Below are positions 52,164-64,000 of a DNA stretch of 64,000 nt, piece by piece. Source of the stretch: the human T2T-CHM13v2.0 reference genome, Homo sapiens; NCBI RefSeq assembly GCF_009914755.1, contig NC_060927.1. One strand, given 5' to 3'. Every line of letters begins with the position of its first letter. The stretch's first letter is position 1. Made by a program: the position numbers and the translations under genes. The notes under the pieces were generated by a model. That model worked only from the letters and a program-made list of their open reading frames with translations. It was not told where the DNA came from and did not search any database.

Positions 52164-54339
52164 GGAGGATTTTGTCATACAGAATTATTATTTGTATTTA
52201 ATTGAAATTAAATATCTCAATTTTCTGTCCTATTAAAAGGAAATTTCCTACTCCTTTCCCTTAGAATTTTACTGTTCAGAGGGGATTAAAATCACCGTTC
52301 TATCATCACATACAAGGTGTCATTAGGATGTCATTAGGATGGTTTCCCCATCCACTCTCACCCTCATGCCAGGAGGTAACGTATACATCAGGTTGACTCC
52401 TGAACCCACATGGTTTAGCCACATGAGTGGCACAGCCATCTAGAACTGGAAGGAACACTAAAGGTAACTTAGTAGGGCATCTTTACTTTACTAATAAAGA
52501 AATCCAGGTCCAAGAGGTTAAAATAGTTTGCCTCAGAGTGCTCAGCTAATTAAGGGTTGAAGTGGGATCAAAGTCACGTCATTCAACTATGAATATAGAA
52601 GCTTTTCAGTGTATTTTTGTTTCCACATATTCACATCCAAAAATAAATATTCTAAAAACTTTAGAAAAAAAAAGTTCAAATACACAGCACATGTATTCCC
52701 TCTCCAATGTTTACGACAACGGTAAAAGCCTTAAAAATGCTCGCAGGTGCCATACAGATGATGGAAGTGAAGTAAGAAGGCAGGGTATCAGTAATAGAGA
52801 GTTCAGCAAACTGAAGAGCACAAGCCCTTCCCATGAAAGGGATGGAAGGCAGTAACCATTTCTCAGCCCAGCGGCTTACTGCCCTGTGGAATTACATGCT
52901 CACTTTTCCAGATCTTCTGATATCTAAAGGAAACCTAATGATCTGGATTTTATTTAGAATACTCAAATTTTAAGTGTGTTGTAAAAAATATACAAATTCA
53001 AAGAAGCACTGTATAGTCAGAATTTTTCAGGGGGCTTGCCCGGTTTGAAACCTATTTCATATCTTCTCCTCTTTTCTTACTTTTCCAATAATCCCTTTAC
53101 TCCTTGGATGGTTGCTAGGTTTAGGAACAAAAAGGCATTCCTCAGGAACAAACGTAATCACCTTTGGCAATACGTATTTAAGGCTTTCTGTTGGATTTCC
53201 TCAAGCGTTCTTTCAAGGCTTTTCACTCTCCTAGTACATATGCTGTTGTTCATTTTCAAGGTTGGTATGTAATAGTAGTAAAGTTGGTGTAGTTAGTAAT
53301 TAATGGGTCTAAATTATCTGTCGTCTTAGTATTTGAATGTCAAAAAGGTTTTATGAGAAGGATATACATTTTTCAGTTTGGGGTTAAAAATTCCACTTCT
53401 TTGAGATAAGCATCGACTTCAAGTGTTTTAGGGCATGGAGGCCATCTAACGTTTAGTGCTATATAGTGTGTACAGGTGGCTTATCATAAAATGGTAACAA
53501 TGCTGGCTCAAACTTAATGTACTTACCCTTTTCTTAATTCTCCAGGCAGGGTATTTTTTTTTCTTTTAATCTCTAATTTCACTCACCAAGACTGAGTGTT
53601 AAATCTATTTTTTTTTTCTTCGAAGAAGAGGTCAATCACTCAAACCACCACAAAAGCCTATCTGTTTTACATTTATTCAATGACTCCTTTACTTCCATTC
53701 GATTTTCTACCTGTATAAAGTTATCCTCTTTGGTTTGTCTGTTAGCATTATGAAGGTGGCATGTGTGTATTTTCTATTATAGAAGGAGTGACTTTTGGCC
53801 TTTGGGGCACTTGACCTAAAGGTATTATTCCTTAGACAACTTACAATGGCTTCTTTTCCTTTCTTTCTTTTTCCCTTATTAGGCACGCAGGCACTCTGGT
53901 GGTGTTTTTCATTCTTCACAGCGCAGAAATTGTGTGAAAGACAATAGGCTTGTTTCTAATTTGGTGTTTCCGAAAGCTTGGCAAAATAGAAATAAGACTG
54001 TATTCAAAAGTTGAAAAAGAGCATGTAAATAGCAATAACTGAAATTTGTGATTAAACAATTAACAAAAAAGAACCCTATGAAGTCATTAAAAGTATAAAG
54101 AGGGAGGCACTTCCTGCTTTATCATTACTGGGTTGAGCTGTTATTATTTAACACTGATTGAGCACCAGCCACGTGGGAGCCATTCTGTGAACAGCAGAGT
54201 TGGAAACAGTCACTTTCCAGTGGCATTCTCTCTGGAGCCAGCAACAAAACCTGAAAAAGTTTTAGATAGCACTTTATAAAGATAGGGAATCAAGGGAAGG
54301 GAATATAGACAACCTGAGTATTGGGACTATAGCAGAGAA

Positions 54340-54560
54340 AAATGGGCTTTGGAGCAAAACAAATACACAAGCAAATAATAAATTTGAGTTTGAATCTTGT
54401 CTTCCCTCTAGTTATTGCCAGAACCTTGAACAAACTATTTAATTTTTCCTAATCTTAGTGCCTTCATCTTTAAAATGGGAGTGAAGTATACCTCTTACAG
54501 TTTTCATGGGATATAATGATCACAGAAAGTCTAAGAACATTCTAAATCCTCAGTAAAAGA
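54340..54560 (+). mobile_element. MIR
   Basis: GGGCTTTGGAG...GAGTTTGAATC...CCTTGAACAAACTATTTAA...CTTCATCTTTAAAATGGG. Confidence 0.65.
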
Positions 54561-57500
54561 TAGTCATTTTATTATGATTATTGTTACTAGCTGTCTTCAT
54601 TTATAACCATCTCATTGTTTTATAATATTGGTGAATTCTAAGAATATTTAAATGTCATAAAGAATTTGAAAAAGAGGAATTTAAAGAGATCAGGGAGAAG
54701 TGTACCAGTCAGTTAGGATTATGTTATTTCATTTGGCTTTAAGCCAAGCAAATATTCAACTGCCAGTTAAAAATGTACCACCTGCCTTCGCCCTCTCTTT
54801 AATATATTCTTTAAAGTAGTATGGTGGAAGATATCCAGCTACATTCAGAGCATGCTTTTTAATTTGCGGTTTTGAGCAGCCAGATTCTTGAAGGAATCCT
54901 AGCTTTGGACTTATAAACAATGAAGGAATTTGAGGGCTTTTACTCCCAACATGTTTAAAGGGAACGTTGCTATAGACAAATGCATTTATACTACTTTTTG
55001 CTTAGGATTGCTCTCTGTTCATATAGAATGATGATATTTTCTCCTGTGAATAGTAACAGATGCAAGTTGAAGATAGTGTAATAATGGCTTAGTAAAGATA
55101 AACATATTTTCACTTGTGAGAGATGGAACACGTTAGAAGAAAGCAGAGAACAAGAGCACTCTCCTGCAGTAGGAAATACATTTGATGACCGGATGCAAAT
55201 ATTATACACTTTTGAAAGTGCTTGATATTACAAGTATCATTTTGTAGTGTACACTTCACTCAGCACATTTACTATTTTATTTTAATGCGCCCGATTAGCA
55301 CTGGAAGTGGAGAGTGTTATGAATAAGAAATTATATAAACATGGAGGATATAGCTGTGGTGATCAGGAAAAAGCTGAGGGAGCAGGCATATGAGGTATCC
55401 CACAGAGAGGCTTAACCTCCTCATTCTGGAGGAAGGAATGCAGCAGGAAATGCAGCCACGTTCAACAGACAAGAATATTGAAAGTGGCAACTACTTACAT
55501 ACAAAGAGAATTTTTAAAAAGAAAGATACCTAGTAAAGTGCTGGGCATATAGTAGGCACTCAATATAGATGAAAACTTTTTTTATTAGCCCCCTTTTTCC
55601 AGAAAGTATGACATAATTGCTGGCTAGTGGGATATGAGAGGGTATTAATTGAATGCTATTATGTGTCACAAATATTCTGATAAAAATGATTTTAATTTGC
55701 ACCATAACATTTACTTTTTTGTTTCTTCCTAGGGACTTATCTTCCTCAGTTCTCTGTGATGAACTTTTGTAGAGCCATACGAAAGGAGGTTTTTAGCTCT
55801 CACCTGTGGTCTTTCTTCATCATGCACCTCCTAGATTCAAAAGTTCAGCAGGGACATGTCAAGCTATATAAATAAAAACAAACTAAGAAAAAATGTAACA
55901 TTCCATACCTTAAAACGCAACCTTAATAACGTGAAAGACCCTGAAGGACTTGAGACGTGAAGATTTTCTACCACGGTCTTTGCCTGTATTATTTCTGACA
56001 GCTGTTCCTTTCTACTCCCTCTTGCACACATCTTTAGTTACTCCCTGTTCTCCATCCCTCTGATAAAATCTAGAGTTCCCCCCTCAAATTAGAAAATTTA
56101 AAAAAATTAAAAATCTAAAATTAAAATTTAAAAAAATTTTAAAAATCTAGAGTTTAAAAAAAATGTTCTATCTCAGGCTTGTGAACCATATTGTTAGTTC
56201 ACAATTAAGAATGATGTACATCTATTGGACAAGTTTTAATTAATTCTTTCCCTTGGCTGATTAGTAAATTTCTGCAGTGAGTACAAATGTTTACTTGGAG
56301 GGCTGAAGAATGCATTTATAGCTTTGATGATGAACTAGAAGGTCATGCCCAAAAGATATTTGTGTCCATTTTTTTGGAGAACTGTAAAAGAGTGTATTAT
56401 TGTGAGTTGGATAATGGTGCGTTCCTTCTGTACTTAGTAATTTCATAGCAATGATACAGCTGTGTACTATAGGAAACCACCCAAACACTTGGGAGAAGTA
56501 GAATACCAATGTACCAATGGTTCATTTCTAATTAAACTTGTTTATTAATTTTTTCCCGGGGTGTGTATGGCCTTATTTCAGGTTTGAGCTCTTTCAGAGA
56601 TACAAGGACTGAAAGTGGGCAAAGAAGGGCTATTTTTAATGTTCAAGACTCATTTTTTCTGAACCATCTCCTTCCTTCTTTTTATCCATCCCCTCATAAC
56701 AGGCATCTATTTCCTTAACTTTTATCCTTCCTGTCTTTCATGCAAGATTCATAGGGAATAATTTGATATCAGATAGCATAAATATAAATATAAACATGCT
56801 GCTTTTCTCAGGCATAGTTAGAATATTTAAAATCTGATTTTGATTATGGATTGAAAAATGATGTCACATTTATTGGGAAATTAGATGGTAGTGAGCTGCT
56901 AGGAGCAAAGAAGCCTTATAGGGCTTCTGGTTTAAGCACAAGGTGATTGTAAGTCATGGGTTTTTTTCTGAAGACTAAAATAGCCCTTCCAGTTGGCTTA
57001 GCAATTCTTTGGGAATTATATAACTTATAATTAATAAACAAATGATCAATACAATTTGTTCCAGTTTGCTAAGGACTATTCCCCGCCTCTACCCCCAAAT
57101 CATCCTAAACTTAAGAAGGATAATTCAAATTTCAAAACAAAAAGCCATCATAGTACATTGTACTTTGCAAAAATGCCTTCTGATTTTGCTTTTTCTCCCA
57201 CTACTTTGTATATTCAACTGTTATATTAGAAAATGATTGCAGAAGTAGAGAAAAAAAGGCTAAAGCGAGGAAAACCAAAAATATAGTAGTTTTTTGCTCA
57301 TTCATTTATTCTCTCAGAAAATATTTATAGAGCACCATCAAGAACTAGGTACTGTAGAGAGTACAAATAATATTTTTTTCTCATTTGAGAGGAAAAATAA
57401 TTGCTGATTTATCTTAAAACAATAAAGTCCTCATGTAAGAAAAAAGATTTTTAAATGATCACACACAACCATTTCCCGTTTGTACAAATATCTGGGCACC

Positions 57501-59317
57501 ATGTTGCACAACCCTACAGGGTGACTTCTGCATGTGGACCTCTGTAAGAGGTCCCTGCTGATGTTGTTTAATGCCCAAACAACTCAGTCCTCTGAGGCAG
57601 CTCTTTGATACTTACTTTAGGGGCAATGAAAAAATGACTCTTTGTCTCTAATATATTTCTCTAGAAATTTTTCTTCTTTGTTAATATGATAACCAAATTC
57701 CCTCTTACTCTTAAAAAAAATCAACCAAAAAAATTTCAAATTAATCCAGATGCTCTAAAGTGTTTTCTCTTTAAAGTTCATTCTGTACTTAACATGGAGA
57801 GAAAGGTGAAACAATGAGGAAGAGTTTTGAAACAGTTTCTAGTGACTTCCCCATATTATAGATTATTAGAGCTATGGAAAAGCAGGTCTTGTCTCTCTGA
57901 TTGAATGGAACCTGTTCAGCTCTCCCCGCCAGACATAAATTACTCTCTTTGAGTCAAATGGTTGGCTCCTCTTTATGTAAACTTGATTAAAAAAAGAAAA
58001 GCAGAAATTGAGCCAGTAGGGCAAAAAAGACTGAGTAGATTCTATTCAGTCACAGAAAACCAAAATCATCAATGTCTTTATCATGCCTTTTTTTTCTTTT
58101 TAACAAAGCAACTCCCAGTTAAAGGTGGGCTATTTCATTTGGGTCAGTGCAAACACACAGCCATCAAAGGGTTTCATGAGTAATTAGTAATATGAACACA
58201 GCCGTCACATTCTGAGATGTGTACATATCTATCCAAGCAGAGGGGAAATCGTGTAATTAATTTTGAAGCTGTTATGATGTTTCAATTGATTTGGATCAGA
58301 AAAAGGAGAACAATTAAGAAGAATCAGAAAACAATATCCCTTTTAGTATTCTAAAGGGAAGAGAAAAATTAAATAGGAGTTTAATTGAAAAATTCTGATC
58401 TATATGAGGGAAATGGAATGTTGTGTAAAAAGGAATAGTGACTTATTATGGGAGCCTTAATACTGGGCCAGCATCTTGGGCAATAATGTTTAAATTCCAA
58501 TGACCAAAAAGCTTTCCGAAAGGTGGGAAGGTCAGGTCAGAAGTCAAAATGTTAAAATTGTTTCTCCCACTACTCAGAACTTTAATTTGAATAGTATCAT
58601 TCTGGAATTAGTCTATTGGAAAAATATTACTCCAAATTAATTCTTAGTACAAGTATAAAATATTGTCATTATTTTAGTCATTCTATCACCTTTTGTGGGC
58701 TATTTTACCTTCTTCCTGTGAATCTTTATGAAGTTGGAATAAACGTGTCTGTTTTCATAGCCTATATCCTTATGAGAATGCCATAAGTAACTTACTTGTT
58801 TAACAGGTAAAGCATAATGGCATATTTCCAGGCTAATGTTATAGGGTAAAATTTTGAAAAATTAATACATTTTAAAGTTTTCAAAACAATGTTGCATATA
58901 CAATAATAAGCTAAGTATTACATGGCCATAAAATAATGCATTGTCTCTATATACATTTAGAAATTACTCCTTACTTAATTAATTATGTATTAAGCATCTA
59001 CTACATTTATCATATTATTTCCTACTGCTTGTTTGTCCATTATTACTAGAAAAAATGCATGCAAGGTTTCCCTGTGTCCACTGTACTCATAATTCTCTTG
59101 TGAGCACAGATTTTCACAAAAACCAACTATAGTGTCTTGGAACCCCAAAACCATGTAACTTAGAACTCACTTAAACAGTGGTGGGGGTAATACAGACAAG
59201 AAAACATGTATTATACCAACTACATGTTCTATTGTTCAATAGTTTGACTTAAAAATAATGATGTTCTTGTGAATTATGACAGAATTTTGTTTTAAAAATA
59301 ACTAAAATTAGTATTTT

Positions 59318-59380
59318 ATATATATGTGTATATATATATGTGTATATATATATATGTGTATATATATATGTGTGTGTATA

Positions 59381-59435
<55 letters not shown>

Positions 59436-59448
59436 ATATATATATATA
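59318..59448. repeat. (TA)n microsatellite with TGTG interruptions, in place of the Alu tail
   Basis: Direct reading. Confidence 0.95.
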
Positions 59449-59730
59449 TTTGAGACAGGGTTTCACATTGTCTCCCAGACTGGAGTGCAGTGGCATAATC
59501 ATCGCAGCCTCTACCTCCTGGGCTCAAGCAATCTTCCCTCCTCAGCCTCCCCATTAGCTGGAACTACAGGTGTGTGCCACCACGCCCAGCTAATTTTTTG
59601 TATTTTTTATTGTAGAGATGGGGTTTTGTCATGTTGCCCAGGTTGGTCTCAAACTCCTGGGCTCAAGCAATCCTCCCACCTTGGCCTCCTAAAGTGCTGG
59701 GATTACAGGCATGAGCCACTGTGCCTGGCC
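59449..59730 (-). mobile_element. AluJ
   Basis: J-type features GAGACAGGG, CCTGGGCTCAAGCAATC in both arms and CCTCCCACCTTGGCC. Confidence 0.9.
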
Positions 59731-60232
59731 CATTCAATAAACTTTGTTCAAATTGTGTACTTTGTCTCTTGATAAATGTAGTTGCCTAACCTCAAATCTC
59801 CTCATGAGCCAGTTTATTAGAATAATTTTTTGCTAATCATATAAGAAAATTGGAGTCAAAAGAAAAGAAAGGGGTAAAAAAAGTCATATTTTATGAAGAC
59901 AGTTATTCCTGGCCTTTGATTAGGTGAACTTTTGGCCAGGTGATAGAATTCCCCTTTCTTGTGATTTGGCATTTAGGTTCCCTTAAATTCAAAGTACTTG
60001 CTCTATGGAGAGAGGGCATTACAGGCAGGCCAGACAAGATGAAGTGTTGCTTCTACTCTCAAAATTTTATTTGCTAATTTCAGTGAACGGGGTGAAGCAA
60101 TAGAACCTGGTTGATGGTTGATATAGGAAACAACCTGTTTGAATATGCAAAATTATATCTATTTCATTGCCATGTGTTAGAATGTGTTAGGTAAAATATT
60201 CAGCCTTTTCCATCTTATATTCCATCTTACAT

Positions 60233-60950
60233 TAATATATTATAATATAATATATTATACTATAATATATATTATAGTATAATATATAACAGCATATTAT
60301 ATATTATAGTATAATATATAACAGCATAATACATATTATAGTATAATATATAACAGCATAATACATATTATAGTATAATATATAACAGCATAATACATAT
60401 TATAGTATAATATATAACAGCATAATACATATTATAGTATAATATATAACAGCATATTACATATTATAGCATAATATATAACAGCATATTACATATTATA
60501 GCATAATATATAATAGCATATTACATATTATAGCATAATATATACTAGCATATATTAGAGCATAATATATGCTAGTATATATTAGAGCATAATATATACT
60601 AGTATATATTAGAGCATAATATATACTAGTATATATTAGAGCATAATATATACTAGTATATAGTAGAGCATAATATATACTAGTATATAGTAGAGCATAA
60701 TATATACTAGTATATAGTAGAGCATAATATATACTAGTATATAGTAGAGCATAATATATACTAGTATATAATATAGTATATTATTATATATTATACTATA
60801 ATATATAATAGTATATTATATATTATAGTATAATATATAATTATATATTATACTATAATATATAATTATATATTATACTATAATATATATAGTATATATA
60901 TACTATAATATATAATTATATATTATAGTATAATATATACTATGTATATT
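60233..60950. repeat. AT-rich minisatellite: ~8 x 32-bp units, then ~8 x 27-bp units, flanked by AT palindromes
   Basis: ACAGC recurs at 60289, 60321, 60353, 60385... (period 32); AGAGC recurs at 60557, 60584, 60611... (period 27). Confidence 0.95.
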
Positions 60951-61132
60951 ATGCTTACATTAGCATAAAGTTCAGGCTAATTGAGAATATTGCCTGATAG
61001 TGCATCCTTTCTCAGCGCTTTCCTAACTCTCCTTTTTCTTCCTTGAATCGCAAGAAGAAAACAGCTAAGAACAGTTTGTGGTGCATTCTGGGGGCATGGG
61101 GATTTCATGAGCTTTCACATACTCTAACCAAC

Positions 61133-63366
61133 TGTATTAGTGCATTTTCATGCTCCTGATAAAGACATACCTGAGACTGGGCAATTTACAAAAGAAAGAG
61201 GTTTATTGGACTTACAGTTCCACATCCCTGGGGAGGCCTCACAATCATGGCAGAAGGTAAGGAGGAGCAAGTCACATCTTACATGGATGGCAGCAGGCAA
61301 AGAGAGGGCTTGGGCAGAGATACTCCTGTTTTTAAAACAATCAGATCTTGTTAGAGCCATTCACTATCACCAGAAAAGCATGGGAAAGACTCGCCCCATG
61401 ATTCAGTCATCTCCCACTGGGTCCTTCCCTCAACACGCAGGAGATACAAGATGAGATTTTGGTGGGGAAACAGAGCCAAGCCATATCATTCTGCCCCCGG
61501 CAATACCATATCTTCACATTTCAAAACCAATCATGCCTTCCCAATAGTCTCCCAAAGTCTCAATTCATCATTAACTCAAAAGTCCACAATCCAAAGTTTC
61601 ATGTGAGACAAGGCAAGTCCCTTCTGGTTTTGAGCCTGTAAAATCAAAAGCAAGTTAGTTACTTCCTAGATACAATGAGGGTACAAGCATTGGGTACATA
61701 TAGCCATTCCAGTTGGGAGAAATTGACCAAAACACAGGGGTTACAGGACCCATGCTAGTCCAAAATCCAGTGGGGCAGTCAAATATTAAAGCTCCAAAAT
61801 GATCTCCTTTGACTCCATATCTCATGTCCAGGTCACGCCGATGCAAGAGGTGGGTTCCCATGGCCTTGGGCAGTTCAGTATCTGTGACTTTGCAGGGTAC
61901 AGCCTCCCTCCTGGTGGCTTTCACCAGCTAGTGGTGTCTGTGGCTTTTCTAGGTGCATGGTGCAAGCCGTCAGTGGATGTACCATTCTGGGGTCTGGAGG
62001 ATGATGGCCCACTTCTCACAGTTCTATTAGGCAGTGTCCCAGCAGGGACCCTGTGTGGGGGCTCTGACCCCACATTTCCCATCTGCACTGATCTAGCAGA
62101 AGTTCTCCATGAGAGCCCCACCCCTGCAGCAAACTTCTGCCTGGGCATCCAGGCATTTACATACATGTTCCAAAATCTAGGTTGAGGTTCCCAAACCCTG
62201 ATTCTTGACTTCTGTGCAGTCGCAGGCTCAACACCTTGTGGAAGCTGCCCAGGCTTCAGGCTCGCACCCTCTGAAGCCATGGCCCAAGCTCTACATTGGC
62301 TCCTTTCAGCCATGGCTAGAGTGGCTAGGACGCAGGCACCAAGTCCCTAGGCTGCTCATACAGGGACCCTGGGCCTAGCCCATGAAACCACTTTTTCCTC
62401 CTAGGCCTCTAGGCCTGTGATGGGAGGGGCTGCTGTGAAGACCTCTGACATGACCTGGAGACATTTTCCTCATTGTCATGGGGATTAACATTCAGCTGCT
62501 CATTACTTAGGCAAATTTCTGCAACTGGCTTGAATTTCTCCTCAGAAAACGGGATTTTCTTTTCTATCACATTGTCAGGCTGCAAATTTTCCAAACTTTT
62601 ATGCTCTGCTTCCCTTATAAAACTGAATGCCTTTAACAGCACCCAAGTCACCTCTTGAATGCTTTGCTGCTTAGAAATTTCTTTTGCCAGATACCCTAAA
62701 TCATCTCTCTCAAGTTCAAAGTTCCACAAATCTCTAGGGCAGGGGCAAAATACAGACATAACATAACAAGAGTCACCTTTGCTCCAGTTCCCAACAAATT
62801 TCTCATTTCCATCTGAGACCACTTCAGCTTGGACTTTATGTCCATATTGCTCTCAGGATTTTGGGCAAAGCCATTCAACAAGTCTCTAGGAAGTTCCAAA
62901 CTTTCCCACATTTTCCTGTCTACTTCTGAGTCCTCCAAACTGTTCTAACCCCTGCCTATTACCCAGTTCCAAAGTCACTTTCATATTGGTGGGCATCTAC
63001 AGCATCACCTCACTCCCAGTAGCAATTTACTGTATTAGTCCATTTTCACATTGTTGATAAAGACATACCTGAGACTGGGCAATTTACAAAAGAAAGAGGT
63101 TTATTGGACTTACAGTTCCACATCCCTGGGGAGGAGAAAGTCATATCTTACATGGATAGCAGCAGGCAAAGAGAGGGCTTGTGCAGAGATACTTCCATTT
63201 TTAAAACCATCAGATCTTGTGAGAGCCATTCACTATCATGAGAACAGCATGGGAAAGACTTGCCCCATGATTCAACCATCTCCCACTGGATCCCTCCCAC
63301 AACACATGGGAATTATGGGAGCTACAGGATGAGATTTGGGTGTGGACACAGAGCCAAACCATATCA
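61133..63366 (-). mobile_element. Complete THE1 (THE1A/B-like) MaLR provirus: LTR 61133-61488, internal 61489-63030, LTR 63031-63366
   Basis: Two TG...CA LTRs; a polypurine tract (TTCTGCCCC on +) abuts the left LTR; 5-bp TSD CCAAC at 61128-61132 and 63367-63371. The minus-strand ORFs at 61921-62938 are fragments of the MaLR internal ORF. Confidence 0.95.
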
Positions 63367-64000
63367 CCAACTCTGTGATTATGATGAAAAGAATATGAAC
63401 AAAAGCCACTCAGTATGGACAAGCAAGATTTGTATGATGTACTTAGAAAAACTTGCTCTTATATTTTTGCTCTTTCTATTCATCAACTTTTTTTCTATTT
63501 TAGAATTGTATTCTTTTCACTTCCTATCTAGCTACACTACAGAGGGATGTTTTTTGGGGCCTTGCTTGGAAGTAGAGTGTATGGTGGGTGGTTGTCATTT
63601 ATTCTGTCATTACCTGAAACTTGCTCCTTGGACCCATTCTTCTCTAGAAAACAACTGTTTTGAGGATGATATATGTCTTTCAATTGGGTGATAATAAATC
63701 AAGGTGGCACAGAGCCCTAACTGCAATCTTTTCAAAAAACAATACTATTTCAAGAAGCACAAAGTGAAGTCTTTAGGTTTAAGATACTGGGAAACCCCAG
63801 TGTTTCTTCTGCCCAATGGTCCCTTGCTTTTCTGCTCCTTCATTGAATAACCATATGAATATACTGCAGAGGCCTTGTTACCTGGTCGCTAAGGCCTCTG
63901 TCTCCTTAGCAACTAAACTTTTCAGGGATTATAGGGAAAATGTTTGCTTCAGCCTTGAAGCTGTTTTAATGCCTTCAAATGTCAGGAAAAAAAAGTTTGT

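Noticed and set aside
60233-60950. Regularly spaced 27-32 bp repeats as a CRISPR-like array
   Set aside because: No unique spacers, eukaryotic context, no cas genes; it is a minisatellite.
61655-62938. Several 60-137 aa ORFs
   Set aside because: Broken pieces of the THE1 internal ORF or its antisense frames; no intact gag/pol.

Overview
This is mammalian genomic DNA of primate, almost certainly human, origin (AluJ/S/Y, L1PA/PB, THE1). It is AT-rich and CpG-depleted, with no CpG island and no intact protein-coding gene, tRNA, rRNA or CRISPR. The one gene-derived feature is a processed pseudogene of RAD23B (2714-4826, +). It has a 5' UTR remnant, a full-length intronless CDS, a short 3' UTR, a decayed poly(A) and a 16-bp TSD, and it is inserted into an ancient L1M. 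Two compensating frameshifts keep a 303-codon ORF open, but three stops and damaging substitutions indicate decay. The rest is transposon debris: MER82, MER58B, MER3, MER45A, MER5, L2, MIR, L1M/L1PB/L1PA, MLT/MST/LTR16 solo LTRs and a complete THE1 MaLR provirus at 61133-63366. There are also microsatellites, a two-phase AT-rich minisatellite with long perfect palindromes, and several unique motif-rich blocks that may be enhancers. I found no novel biological system. The best observations are mechanistic fossils: two twin-priming L1 inversions, a collapsed inverted-Alu pair, a templated junction, a duplicated splice acceptor and a near tail-only insertion. Repeat subfamily names and parent-gene comparisons come from remembered sequences and need RepeatMasker/BLAT confirmation. 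Assignment to RAD23BP1 near SATB1/SATB1-AS1 (3p24) is only a guess.
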